In this document: positions 1-9,372 of the stretch, in pieces | Layout: each line of letters opens with the position of its first letter | How positions within the stretch are numbered: position 1 is the stretch's first letter | Assembly (NCBI GenBank): GCA_949296775.1 | Contig: CASFQA010000002.1 | Span: 179,991-243,990, forward strand | Length of the DNA: 64,000 nt | Reading direction: 5' to 3' | Origin: an uncultured bacterium | GTDB lineage: Bacteria; Bacillota_I; Bacilli_A; RFN20; CAG-826 | Program-made: the position numbers and the translations under genes | Notes under the pieces: generated by a model | What the model saw: only the letters and a program-made list of their open reading frames with translations | Told to the model about the DNA's origin: nothing | The model's database searches: none

Positions 1-93
1 GAAGGTGATGATAAAACTGGCGACGAGGGCGGCGATGGATTGCACCGGTGAGCGGAAAAGCCGGGCCAACGCGTTCTTAAGCAGGATCCACAT
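1..93 (-). CDS. ABC transporter permease, N-terminal fragment (runs off the window)
   Basis: Manual translation MWILLKNALARLFRSPVQSIAALVASFIITF resembles FtsX/MacB-type permease N-termini; its start overlaps the end of the upstream ABC ATPase remnant. Confidence 0.6.
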   Translation of the reverse strand, partial: MWILLKNALARLFRSPVQSIAALVASFIITF

Positions 94-469
94 CGAAGGT
101 TTCCCCGTCCTTTAACCTTATTATCCGATTGCCGTATCCGGCATTGGTCTCCGAATGGGTGACTTGGATGACGGTGACATCGTCTTGCTCGTTGATTTGA
201 TGGAGCATCTCCATCAGTTTGGTCGCGTTGGCGGAGCTTTGGTAGTTCCTTTTCCTTCAGCTTAGCCAAATCGTTCCCTTTGAGGACCACTTCGCCTGAC
301 TTTGGACGTTCTAGTCCCGAAAGGATCGAAAGGAGGGTGGTCTCCCTGAGCCGGAGGAACCTAGAATCGAGAGGAAGTCGCCTTCGTTGACCGTTAAATT
401 AACGTCATTGAGGATCAATGTTCCTTCGACGTAATAATAGGAAACATGCTTAGTTTCCAGCAGGACGAT
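77..469 (-). pseudogene. LolD/FtsE-type ABC ATP-binding protein pseudogene
   Basis: Manual translation LETKHVSYYY..LILNDVNLTVNEGDFLSILGSSGSG, then a 1-nt frameshift near 342, TTLLSILSGLERPKSGEV..KLR, then a jump to SANATKLMEML..VIQVTHS..RIIRLKDG; signature motif and Walker B are missing. Confidence 0.85.
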
Positions 470-575
470 CGGCTTTCCTTTGGTCATCAATGATTATTTT
501 AATCACGTTGATTTGGCTTGCGAAGCCCTTTCCTAATCTTGTTTCTGATTTATTAGAGGTGGAAAATAATTTGCT

Positions 576-1907
576 ATGAAAAAACTCTCGCTGCTTATCG
601 CAAGCTTGGCCCTCGGCCTCGGAATGGTCGGAGCCGGAATCGCCGCTTATTCTTCGATTGAACCGGAACCGGTCCTCGCCTGGAGCGGAACCCAAACCTC
701 CACCGAAGGCAACTACTATGAATCGGCCCGGGGGCTCAAAGGCGACGCGTTAACCGAAGCGCTTCACGACATTATCCAAAATGCCAATACGTCTTATAAC
801 TGGAGCCGTTATGAAGCGGCCGATGAATACGAGGGTGACTCCTCGAGCATCATGGCCATCTATACCCGTAAGGCTTTCAAAAAGACCGATCATGTTTCTG
901 GGTCGCAAGGATGGAACCGGGAACACGTTTATCCCCAGTCAAAGCTCAGCGGGGCTTCCGATTCCGATAACCATTTGATCTTTGCTTCCGACAACAAGGT
1001 CAACAGCGTCCGGAGCAACCATCGACTTGGTCTCGTTTCCAATCACGATAGCCCGGTCATCGATTCCAAAGGTCAGGCGACCGAATGCTATTCATCCGGC
1101 TCGGTTTTCGAACCTTGCGATGCCGCGAAAGGGGAAGTGGCTCGGGCGACTTTATACGCCTACGTCATGTATGATCTCTCGATCACCGGCAACTTCACCT
1201 CGCTCGAGCTTTGCCTAGAATGGAACGAGGACTATCCTGTCACCAATCGCGAAATCTACCGCAATAACACCGTCTACAAAAACCAAAAGAACCGCAATCC
1301 CTTCGTGGATCATCCAGAATTCGCGACCATGATCTTCGACGAATCCTATAACGGCTCGGGGGCTTTGAACGATCAAAACGGGACCGGTGGAGGCGGCTCC
1401 GACGTCAATCCTGACTATATCCCCGTTACTTCCGTAAACGTCGCCCAATCTTCGGTCGAGCTCGAAGTGGGGGAGACTTACCTTGCCGAGTGGACGGTCT
1501 TGCCGGCTAACGCCAGCGATAAGTCTATAACCGTCTCTTCTTCCAACATCAACGTCGCCTTCGCTTATGCGGACGGATCAGTTCTTGCCAATGGGGTCGG
1601 CCGCGCCACCATCACCTTGACCTCGGTCGACGGCCCTTCGGCTAATTTCACGGTTTATGTCATTGAGCCCGAGAAACCGGATGATTCCTCTAGCGTTCCT
1701 CCGGTTGATTCCTCGGATGGAAATACTTCGGCTCCCGCTGATTCCTCGGATGAAAGCAGCTCGACTCCCGCTGATTCTTCGGGCACGTCGGAAAACGACG
1801 GGGCCGGATGCCGCGGTTCCATCTATGGTTCCATCGGGGCGGCCGCCGTCGCCTTATTGGGATTGGGCCTCCTCTTCTTGGTCCGGAAAAAGAGCCTTAA
1901 GCGTTAA
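576..1907 (+). CDS. Secreted/membrane-anchored endonuclease I family nuclease with Ig-like (Big_2) domain, Ser/Asp/Pro-rich linker and C-terminal TM tail
   Basis: Signal peptide; WNREHVYPQS, SDNHL, NSVRSN, KGEVARA, QKNRNPFVDHPE motifs; PxDSS repeats; GC-TM-RKK tail. Confidence 0.9.
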   Translation: MKKLSLLIASLALGLGMVGAGIAAYSSIEPEPVLAWSGTQTSTEGNYYESARGLKGDALTEALHDIIQNANTSYNWSRYEAADEYEGDSSSIMAIYTRKAFKKTDHVSGSQGWNREHVYPQSKLSGASDSDNHLIFASDNKVNSVRSNHRLGLVSNHDSPVIDSKGQATECYSSGSVFEPCDAAKGEVARATLYAYVMYDLSITGNFTSLELCLEWNEDYPVTNREIYRNNTVYKNQKNRNPFVDHPEFATMIFDESYNGSGALNDQNGTGGGGSDVNPDYIPVTSVNVAQSSVELEVGETYLAEWTVLPANASDKSITVSSSNINVAFAYADGSVLANGVGRATITLTSVDGPSANFTVYVIEPEKPDDSSSVPPVDSSDGNTSAPADSSDESSSTPADSSGTSENDGAGCRGSIYGSIGAAAVALLGLGLLFLVRKKSLKR

Positions 1908-1947
1908 CTGGCTAGGCTAGAATAGCCTACTTGGGTATAATTGCTTC

Positions 1948-4071
1948 ATGCCTAACGCGCCCCTCAACAAAAACCAGCCCGGGAATCCCCCGGTGAAACC
2001 AGCCAAGAAACGGACCAATAAAAGCCCGTTCTCCTCGACCCAAGCCTTGCGGAAGATCCGCATCGCTTCTTTGACGTTGGGGCTGGTGGAGATCGTTTTG
2101 GTTGGGTTTGTCGGCCTTTTGTATTTCTACGATCGACCGGCCGGGTTCGTCGAAAACATGAATCCCTGGTACTGGATGCTTTTCGTCGCCGCGATCGCCG
2201 CGATCGATTTGCTTTTCATTTGGTATGCGGTGGCGAAGATGACCAAGATAAGGCATCGTTCTGACCTCGACGCCGCCTCGGTTATCGGCAACGATGTCCA
2301 AGAGGCCTATAAGTTCGGCGAGATCGGGCTCGCGGTGACCGATGACCAAGGGACCGTCATTTGGACCAATTCCTTTTTCCGGGAACGGTCGCTGGACCTT
2401 TTGGATCTAAACATCTTCGACTGGGAGCCTAAGCTCAATAGCTTCAAGGACGCCAACCTCCCCAGCGATTTCCGAGTCGATTTCGACTGCGGCGGTTTCT
2501 TTTTCTCCGCCCGTTATCTGCCGGATGCCAAATTGTTCATCTTCCGCGATTTGACCGATTACCATACCATCGAGACCACCTCCGAGGCTCAACGGCTGGT
2601 CATCGGATTCTTAATGATCGATAACTACGATGAGAAGTTCGAACGGAGCGAGGAAGGGAATTCCGACGTTTTGACCAATGTTCGCCAAGCCATCATCGAA
2701 TACGGGAAAGATCACGATATCTGCTTACGGCGTTATCGTTCCGACTCCTATTTCCTGATTTGCCATTACTCGGCCCTCGATCAAATCATCAAAGACGACT
2801 TCTCGATCCTGAAGAAGGTTCGTCAGGCCGGGGAAGGGCAGAACTTCGTCCCGACCCTCTCGATCGGCATCGCCTATGGGATGGATATCGTCAACCGCCT
2901 TTCGGAAATGGCGACCAACGCTTTGAACATCGCCATGTCACGCGGCGGCGATCAGGCGGTCGTGGCCAAAGTCGGCGACGAGCTGCAGTTCTTCGGCGGC
3001 AAGACGCCATCGATCGAAAACACCAACCGGGTTCAGTTCCGTTCCTTGGCCGATTCGGTTATCTCCTTGATCAGAAACGCCCCGATGGTTCTGGTTTCCG
3101 GCCATTCGCGGATGGATATGGACGCCTTTGGGGCTTGCCTTGGCATATACGCCATCTGCCAGCACGTTGGCAAACCCTGCCGCATCATTTATGACATGAA
3201 GGATACCGAAATCAAAACCCGATCGGCCATTCAATCGGTCTTCGGCAAAAACTTCGAACGGATGTCGATCTCTCCATCCGAGGCGGCCGAGCGGGTCCGT
3301 TCCTCGACCCTTTTCGTGGTCGTCGACGTCGGGGTGCCGGATAACGTCATGGGGCGGCTGGCTTTGGAGAAGGCGGCGAAGGTCGTGGTCATCGACCACC
3401 ATCGTCCGGGGGACAAAACCATCGCCAAGCCGATTCTCAATCACACCGATTCCAGCGCCTCCTCGACTTGTGAGATCATCGCCGAGATGCTCCATTACGC
3501 CAACGGGCCGCGGATCGAAGTCTCGCCGACCATCGCGACGTTCATGCTCTCGGGCATGTTCCTCGACACCAATTTCTTCAAATCGCAATCGACCGGGGCC
3601 CGAACCTTCGAGGCGGCCGAGATCCTTAAAGGGTATGGGGCCGATAATATCGCGGCCGACGGATATCTGAAGGACGAGTTCGAGGAATACGCTTATATCG
3701 CCATGCTTTCCTCAACCGTCAAAACCCCGGAGATGGGGGTCGTCTATTGCTGCGCCTCCGATGAGGACAAACCGATCGACGACGTCACCATCTCGAAACT
3801 CGCCAATTACTACATGAACGCGAAAGGGGTTAACGCCTCCTTCGCTATCGGGCGGATTTCGGCGAAGGCGGTTAAAATATCCGGACGGAGCGATGGAAGC
3901 ATCAACGTCCAATACCTATTGGAGAAACTCGGAGGCGGGGGACATTTCACCATGGCCGCCGCGGTGCTGACCGATATCACCCCATCGGGGGCCGCCGATC
4001 GCCTTGAGGATGTCCTCAAGAACCATCTTGATCAAGCACGGGCCGCCAATGTGCCCGAAGGAGGAATATAA
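1948..4071 (+). CDS. gdpP: Cyclic-di-AMP phosphodiesterase GdpP (TM-PAS-degenerate GGDEF-DHH-DHHA1)
   Basis: Two TMs, SRGGDQ, DMDA, IDHH, LDT, GGGGH motifs; synteny with rplI-dnaB. Confidence 0.92.
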   Translation: MPNAPLNKNQPGNPPVKPAKKRTNKSPFSSTQALRKIRIASLTLGLVEIVLVGFVGLLYFYDRPAGFVENMNPWYWMLFVAAIAAIDLLFIWYAVAKMTKIRHRSDLDAASVIGNDVQEAYKFGEIGLAVTDDQGTVIWTNSFFRERSLDLLDLNIFDWEPKLNSFKDANLPSDFRVDFDCGGFFFSARYLPDAKLFIFRDLTDYHTIETTSEAQRLVIGFLMIDNYDEKFERSEEGNSDVLTNVRQAIIEYGKDHDICLRRYRSDSYFLICHYSALDQIIKDDFSILKKVRQAGEGQNFVPTLSIGIAYGMDIVNRLSEMATNALNIAMSRGGDQAVVAKVGDELQFFGGKTPSIENTNRVQFRSLADSVISLIRNAPMVLVSGHSRMDMDAFGACLGIYAICQHVGKPCRIIYDMKDTEIKTRSAIQSVFGKNFERMSISPSEAAERVRSSTLFVVVDVGVPDNVMGRLALEKAAKVVVIDHHRPGDKTIAKPILNHTDSSASSTCEIIAEMLHYANGPRIEVSPTIATFMLSGMFLDTNFFKSQSTGARTFEAAEILKGYGADNIAADGYLKDEFEEYAYIAMLSSTVKTPEMGVVYCCASDEDKPIDDVTISKLANYYMNAKGVNASFAIGRISAKAVKISGRSDGSINVQYLLEKLGGGGHFTMAAAVLTDITPSGAADRLEDVLKNHLDQARAANVPEGGI

Positions 4072-4072
4072 A

Positions 4073-4534
4073 ATGAAAGTCATTTTGCTGACCGACGTGA
4101 AGAAGCTCGGGAAGAAAGGCGATACCGTCGAGGTATCGGACGGCTACGGGTCCAATTACCTGATCCCAAAGGGGTTGGCGGTTTCCTCCACCGTTTCGAG
4201 CCAAAAGGAATTGGCTAAGCAAAACGCCGCCGAGGAAGCGCGGCAAAAGCAGCTGAAGGCCGAAGCCGAGGAGCTTTCCAAACGGCTTGAGCACATCAAC
4301 GTCGAGTTCAAGGCCAAAGTCGGTTCCGACGGGCGGATGTTCGGCTCGATCTCGCCCAAGGAAATCGAGGAGGGGATGCTCAAGCAGTGGGGCATCAAAA
4401 TCGATAAGCGGAAGTTCGTCGATAAATATCCGGCGAACGCGTTGGGCTATACCCGGCTGAAAATTGAGCTTTACCACGGAACGGAAGGGACGGTTTACGG
4501 GACCGTCAACGTTCACATCGCCGAGGAGAAGTGA
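4073..4534 (+). CDS. rplI: 50S ribosomal protein L9
   Basis: MKVILLTDVKKLGKKGDTVEVSDGYGSNYLIPKG; SD GGAGG upstream of ATG 4073. Confidence 0.97.
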   Translation: MKVILLTDVKKLGKKGDTVEVSDGYGSNYLIPKGLAVSSTVSSQKELAKQNAAEEARQKQLKAEAEELSKRLEHINVEFKAKVGSDGRMFGSISPKEIEEGMLKQWGIKIDKRKFVDKYPANALGYTRLKIELYHGTEGTVYGTVNVHIAEEK

Positions 4535-5982
4535 TGGCTAAAGTCATTTCGCTGCCTTCCAATATCGAGGCCGAACGGTCGGTGCTCGGGGCGATGCTTA
4601 TCTCCCCCGAGGCCGCCTCCATCGCCATTGGCTCACTGGAGGAAAAGGATTTTTCCGGCGTCGATATGCGCAACAACCTCATTTTCCGGGCGATGAACGA
4701 ATTAGCCCTCGCCTCCAAACCGATCGACCCCCAAACCGTGAACGATCAACTGGTGGCGATGAAGCTCGATTCGGAAGTGGAGATAGGGTATCTTCTCGAA
4801 CTCATGAACACGGCGATTTTCCCGCAGAACATCGATAACTATATCGATATGGTCCATGAGCAATCGGTTTTGCGGCAATTGCTGCTCGAAACATCGAAGA
4901 TCCAAGACGAGTATGCCAAAGGAGTCCCGAACATCGGGGATTTCATCCTTCAAAGCAACGACGCCATTTCTCGGATTGCCCAACAACGGCGGACCGCCGG
5001 GATGAAGTCAGCTAAAGAAGTCGCGAAGCAGGTAAATGACGAGTTGGCGGCGGCGACCGCCGGCTCCATCGACACCCTAACTGGCGTCGACACCGGTTAT
5101 AAAAAACTAAATTCTTACACCCATGGCTGGCAAAAGGGAGATTTGATCATCCTTGCGGCCCGACCCTCGGTCGGAAAGACGGCTTTGGGCATGAACTTTG
5201 CCTACAACGCGGCCGTAAGGGGGCTGCCGGTCGCTTTCTTTTCCCTCGAGATGAGCGCTCCCTCGATCATGAAAAGGCTTTTGGCCTGCGCCTCGGGGGT
5301 ATCGAACGAAAAAATCCAAACCGGTTTCCTGAACGCTTCGGAGAAAACCCGAATCAAAGCCGCGATCGATGACATTTCCAAAACCAAGCTTTTCATCGAC
5401 GACACCGCCAACTGCAAGCTCGGTGATATCATGTCGAACGCGACCAAACTTAAGAACTCCTATCCGGATTTAGGGCTAATCGTCATCGATTATTTGGGCC
5501 GGATTCGTCTTACTGATCGCTTGGGGGCCAGCGACCGCCGGGAGCAGGAAGTCGGGTTGATTTCCGGCCAACTCAAGCAATTGGCCCGAACCCTCAACGT
5601 CCCCGTCATTTGCTTGTGTCAGCTTAACCGCGGCGTCGAGGACAACAATTCGAAGATCCCCTCTCTTTCCAACCTCCGGGAATCTGGCTCGATTGAGGCC
5701 GACGCCGATATCGTCATGCTCCTTTATCGGGCGGACTATTACACGGCGTTGGGCCAATCGCTTAATAAGAAAGGGTTCAAGAAAGACGAGGATAACAGCC
5801 CGGAGAAAGACGGGAAGAAAGACACCGGGACCTCAATCGTCCAATGCATCGTCGCGAAAAACCGGAACGGGAAAGTCGGGACGATTGATTTGATGTTCGA
5901 GCGGTCCTTATCACGTTTCGACAATCCTTCTCTCGAATACCAAGAGGCGATGGCGGCTCAGCGGGCCATGGAAGGCGAATGA
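4531..5982 (+). CDS. dnaB: Replicative DNA helicase
   Basis: EAERSVLGAML, ARPSVGKT, FSLEM, IDYL, QLNR, LRESGSIEADAD, AKNRNG. Confidence 0.97.
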   Translation: MMAKVISLPSNIEAERSVLGAMLISPEAASIAIGSLEEKDFSGVDMRNNLIFRAMNELALASKPIDPQTVNDQLVAMKLDSEVEIGYLLELMNTAIFPQNIDNYIDMVHEQSVLRQLLLETSKIQDEYAKGVPNIGDFILQSNDAISRIAQQRRTAGMKSAKEVAKQVNDELAAATAGSIDTLTGVDTGYKKLNSYTHGWQKGDLIILAARPSVGKTALGMNFAYNAAVRGLPVAFFSLEMSAPSIMKRLLACASGVSNEKIQTGFLNASEKTRIKAAIDDISKTKLFIDDTANCKLGDIMSNATKLKNSYPDLGLIVIDYLGRIRLTDRLGASDRREQEVGLISGQLKQLARTLNVPVICLCQLNRGVEDNNSKIPSLSNLRESGSIEADADIVMLLYRADYYTALGQSLNKKGFKKDEDNSPEKDGKKDTGTSIVQCIVAKNRNGKVGTIDLMFERSLSRFDNPSLEYQEAMAAQRAMEGE

Positions 5983-6734
5983 TCAAGATCGCTTTCCTCG
6001 CCAGCGGGTCGAAAGGCAACGCCACTTTGATAACCGACGGGTCCTCTTTGATCCTTATCGATATGGGGATCGGCAAAAGGAGGCTGCAGGAAGGCTGCGC
6101 CCTTTTCGATAAAACGGATAAAGACATCGACGCCGTTTTCTTTACCCATAACCATAACGACCATATTTCCGGCTGGCGTTATCTTCCTTCTTCCCTTAAG
6201 GTCTATGCCTCTTTTCCTTATAGCGAGAACAAGCCTTTTTCCTTAATCAAAGCCGGGGACCGGATTGAAGTGGGCCAAATCGCGGTCACCGCTTTGTCGG
6301 CGAGCCACGATGCCCGAAACCCCTTGTCGTATTTAATCGAGGTCGGTCAGGAGAAGCTTGCCTACGTGACCGACACGGGTTACATCCCGAAGAAAACCCT
6401 CAACTCCATTACCGACTGCGATTATTATCTGCTTGAATCCAACCACGACCCTTCCTTAGAGGCCCATTCGGGGCGTTCGGCCGCTTTGGTCGCTAGGGTG
6501 CTTGGCAAGAAAGGGCGTCTTTCCAACGAGGACTCCGCCAAATACTTCCTTAAAGCTTACGGGGAGAAAACCAAGGCTTGCTACTTGGCCCATTTAAGCG
6601 AGGATTGTAATTATCCGGAGTTGGCCTTAAAGACCTATTGCCAAACGGCTGAGAAGCTCGGGGTCGACTTGAGCGGGATCGCCTTGGTCGTGACCTCGCA
6701 GTCGGAAACCGTCTATGGAGGCGATGGGTGGTGA
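5979..6734 (+). CDS. MBL-fold metallo-hydrolase (YycJ/WalJ-like)
   Basis: LASGSKGN, HNHNDH, SHDA, TDTG, ESNHD, AHLS; lies upstream of rlmH. Confidence 0.88.
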   Translation: MIKIAFLASGSKGNATLITDGSSLILIDMGIGKRRLQEGCALFDKTDKDIDAVFFTHNHNDHISGWRYLPSSLKVYASFPYSENKPFSLIKAGDRIEVGQIAVTALSASHDARNPLSYLIEVGQEKLAYVTDTGYIPKKTLNSITDCDYYLLESNHDPSLEAHSGRSAALVARVLGKKGRLSNEDSAKYFLKAYGEKTKACYLAHLSEDCNYPELALKTYCQTAEKLGVDLSGIALVVTSQSETVYGGDGW

Positions 6735-7210
6735 AGATCATCGTCCATTGCATCGGCCACCTTAAGGAAGGTTATTGGAAGGCGGCCCAGGAAGAATACG
6801 CCAAACGGCTGCAAGGGTATGGGGAATTGCTTATCAAGGAATACCCCGATTACCCGATTCCGAATAAGGCGGGGCCCAAGGAAGAAACGGAAATCAAAAA
6901 CAAGGAAGGGCAAGCAATCCTGAAGGCTTTGAAGCCGAGCGATTTCTTGGTTATCTTAGACTTAAACCATCCAGGTATCGATTCGGTGGGTTTCGCAGGG
7001 CAATTAAACGAGTATTTTCGCCTCGGGGGCTCGACCGTCCATTTCGCCATCGGCGGTTCCCTCGGCCTTGCCGACGAGCTTAAGCATCGGGCCAACGCCG
7101 TCCTTTGCTTCAGCAAGATGACCTTCCCCCATCAATTAGCCCGGATTATGCTGCTTGAGCAGCTCTACCGGGCTTTCCGGATCAATAAGAACGAGCCGTA
7201 CCATAAGTAA
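6728..7210 (+). CDS. rlmH: 23S rRNA (pseudouridine1915-N3)-methyltransferase
   Basis: IGGSLGL, SKMTFPHQLARIMLLEQLYRA, EPYHK C-terminus. Confidence 0.96.
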   Translation: MVKIIVHCIGHLKEGYWKAAQEEYAKRLQGYGELLIKEYPDYPIPNKAGPKEETEIKNKEGQAILKALKPSDFLVILDLNHPGIDSVGFAGQLNEYFRLGGSTVHFAIGGSLGLADELKHRANAVLCFSKMTFPHQLARIMLLEQLYRAFRINKNEPYHK

Positions 7211-7243
7211 TGAAACATTTGAATGTTTCAAATCCCGCCTATG

Positions 7244-7276
7244 AAAAAAGCCGCCTTGACCAGGCGGCTGATTTTC
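7244..7276. terminator. Probably bidirectional intrinsic terminator
   Basis: A6, stem AGCCGCCT/AGGCGGCT, T-rich tail; lies between convergent genes. Confidence 0.75.
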
Positions 7277-7283
7277 GATGGCG

Positions 7284-9332
7284 TCAGATTTTCATGGCCA
7301 CTTCGTAAGCCCGCCAAATGACGGTCCGAAGATTGCCGGGGGCGATGCAATCGCCAACTAGATGGACGTGACGCCCGCCTTTGGCTAAGGGTTTGGGGTT
7401 ATAGCCGATAGCTGAGATAACCGAATCGGCGGGCACCCTCTTTTCCCCTTCTTTGGTTTTGATGACCACTTCCCCATCTTTGATCTCGGCGATGGTGGAT
7501 TCGAGGTAGACCGGGACGCCGTGCAGTTGGAAATATTCCCTTAGATAGGTCGAGTTGGCCATGCAGACCCCGCTTTGCTTGATGAGGTCGTCCTTCCCTT
7601 CGACGATGAAGGGGTGTTTGCCGTCTAAAGACAGCTCGTAGGCGATTTCCGAGCCGGTTAAGCCGCCGCCGATGACGGCGACTTTATCGCCGACCGGGGC
7701 ACCGTTAAGGAAGTCGATGGCTTCAATAGCCTTCTCAAAACCTTTGATTGGCAGCTTTTTGGCGCTGGCCCCGGTCGCGATAACCACCTCCTCGACCCCT
7801 AAAGACGACAGGTCTTTGACTTCGGTGTTTAGGCGGATCTCGATGCCGAGTTTCTTCATTTGCCGTTCATACCATTTCTCAAGCTCGCGGAGTTTGCCTT
7901 TGAAGGAAGCGGACGAAGCGGGGATGAAGGTGCCGCCTAGATGATCGTTTTTCTCGTAGATGATCGGGGTATGGCCGCGTCTAGCCAAAACCCGGGCCGT
8001 TTCCATCCCACCGATGCCGCCGCCGATGACGGCGACTTTCTTTGGGTGCTTGGTTTTCTCGATGTAGTGCTTAGTCGTCTGCATCGTCTCGGCGTTGACC
8101 GCGCAGCGGGCCATATGCAGCGTGTCATTAAGCGATTGGTCGTTGGGCACCCCCTTGTAATGGGCGAAGTTGAAGCAGCCGGCGTGGCAGCAGATGCAGG
8201 GTCGGATGTCCTCCATGTCATCGCGCATTATTTTCGTGACCCATTCTTCGTCGGCTAAGAATTGCCGCGCGACCCCCATGGCATCGATTTTCCCTTCTTT
8301 TATTGATTCGGCGGCGACGTAGGGATCCATTCTCCCGGCGGCGACGACGGGAACGCTGACATGTTTTCTCAATTCCTCGACCTCGGCGAGGTTGGTGTTC
8401 TCCGGCATGTAGATCGGCGGGTGGGCCCAATACCAGGCGTCGTAGGTGCCGTTATCGCAGTTGAGCATGTCGTAGCCGGCTTCGATCAATAGTTTGGCGG
8501 CTTCGATCGATTCCTCCATATCGCGTCCGACCTCGGTGTATTCCTCACCCGGCAACGCCCCTTGGCGGAAGCCCTTGGTCTTGGAGACGACCGAATACCG
8601 GAGCGAGACCGGGAAATCTTTGCCGCATTCGGCTTTGATGGCTTTGACGATCTCGATCGGGAAGCGGAGGCGATTCTCCAACGAGCCGCCGTATTCATCG
8701 GTTCGATGATTGGTGTATTTAAGGGTGAATTGATCGAGAAGATAGCCTTCATGAACGGCGTGAATCTCAATTCCGTCGACTCCGGATTGTTGGCAAAGGA
8801 CGGCCACTTTGACGAAAGCGTCGATGTATTTTTGAATTTCCTCAACCGTCATGGCCCTAGAGGGGACCTTATCGCTCCAGCGGTTGGGGAGGTCGGAAGC
8901 CGACATACAGGCGGCGTCGACGTCGAGGAAGGGCTTGCAGATGGCCCGGAGGACTTTATTGGTGTAAACCATCTCCATTAAGTGGTTTACCGCCATTGAG
9001 CGGCCAAAACCGGCCGTTACCTGAACGAACATCTTCGACCCGTATTTATGGATTTCGTCCATAAAGGGCTTTAGCTTCTTATACATTCCCTTATTGGAGT
9101 AAAGCCATTGCCCGCCGAGCGGATTCTTAAGCGGGGCGATCCCCGGCAGGATTAAGCCGACGTTGTTTTTGGCTTTGCCAAGCAGGAAGTTGGCCGCCTC
9201 TTTGTCGAAGTGGGGCCGTTCCATCCAGCCGAAAATCGAAGTCCCGCCCATCGAGGTCATGACGATGCGGTTTTTGATTTCGCAGTTCCCGATCTTCCAA
9301 CTGGAGAAGAGGGGCTCAAGTCTTTTGTCCAT
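7284..9332 (-). CDS. NADH:flavin oxidoreductase, OYE-like + 4Fe-4S + FAD domain (2-enoate reductase-like)
   Basis: IKNRIVM, EIHAVHEGYLLDQF, RTDEYGGSLENRLRF, CICCHAGC..C cluster motif, GGGIGG and GGGLTG dinucleotide-binding motifs. Confidence 0.88.
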   Translation of the reverse strand: MDKRLEPLFSSWKIGNCEIKNRIVMTSMGGTSIFGWMERPHFDKEAANFLLGKAKNNVGLILPGIAPLKNPLGGQWLYSNKGMYKKLKPFMDEIHKYGSKMFVQVTAGFGRSMAVNHLMEMVYTNKVLRAICKPFLDVDAACMSASDLPNRWSDKVPSRAMTVEEIQKYIDAFVKVAVLCQQSGVDGIEIHAVHEGYLLDQFTLKYTNHRTDEYGGSLENRLRFPIEIVKAIKAECGKDFPVSLRYSVVSKTKGFRQGALPGEEYTEVGRDMEESIEAAKLLIEAGYDMLNCDNGTYDAWYWAHPPIYMPENTNLAEVEELRKHVSVPVVAAGRMDPYVAAESIKEGKIDAMGVARQFLADEEWVTKIMRDDMEDIRPCICCHAGCFNFAHYKGVPNDQSLNDTLHMARCAVNAETMQTTKHYIEKTKHPKKVAVIGGGIGGMETARVLARRGHTPIIYEKNDHLGGTFIPASSASFKGKLRELEKWYERQMKKLGIEIRLNTEVKDLSSLGVEEVVIATGASAKKLPIKGFEKAIEAIDFLNGAPVGDKVAVIGGGLTGSEIAYELSLDGKHPFIVEGKDDLIKQSGVCMANSTYLREYFQLHGVPVYLESTIAEIKDGEVVIKTKEGEKRVPADSVISAIGYNPKPLAKGGRHVHLVGDCIAPGNLRTVIWRAYEVAMKI

Positions 9333-9372
9333 AAAGGTACTCCTTGCGATATGAACACCATTTTACCACAAA

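Noticed and set aside
1680-1785. GATTCCTCGG repeats as a DNA-level element
   Set aside because: They encode the PxDSS linker repeats of the nuclease
7211-7230. parS site
   Set aside because: Half-sites are in the reverse order and spacing relative to TGTTTCACGTGAAACA
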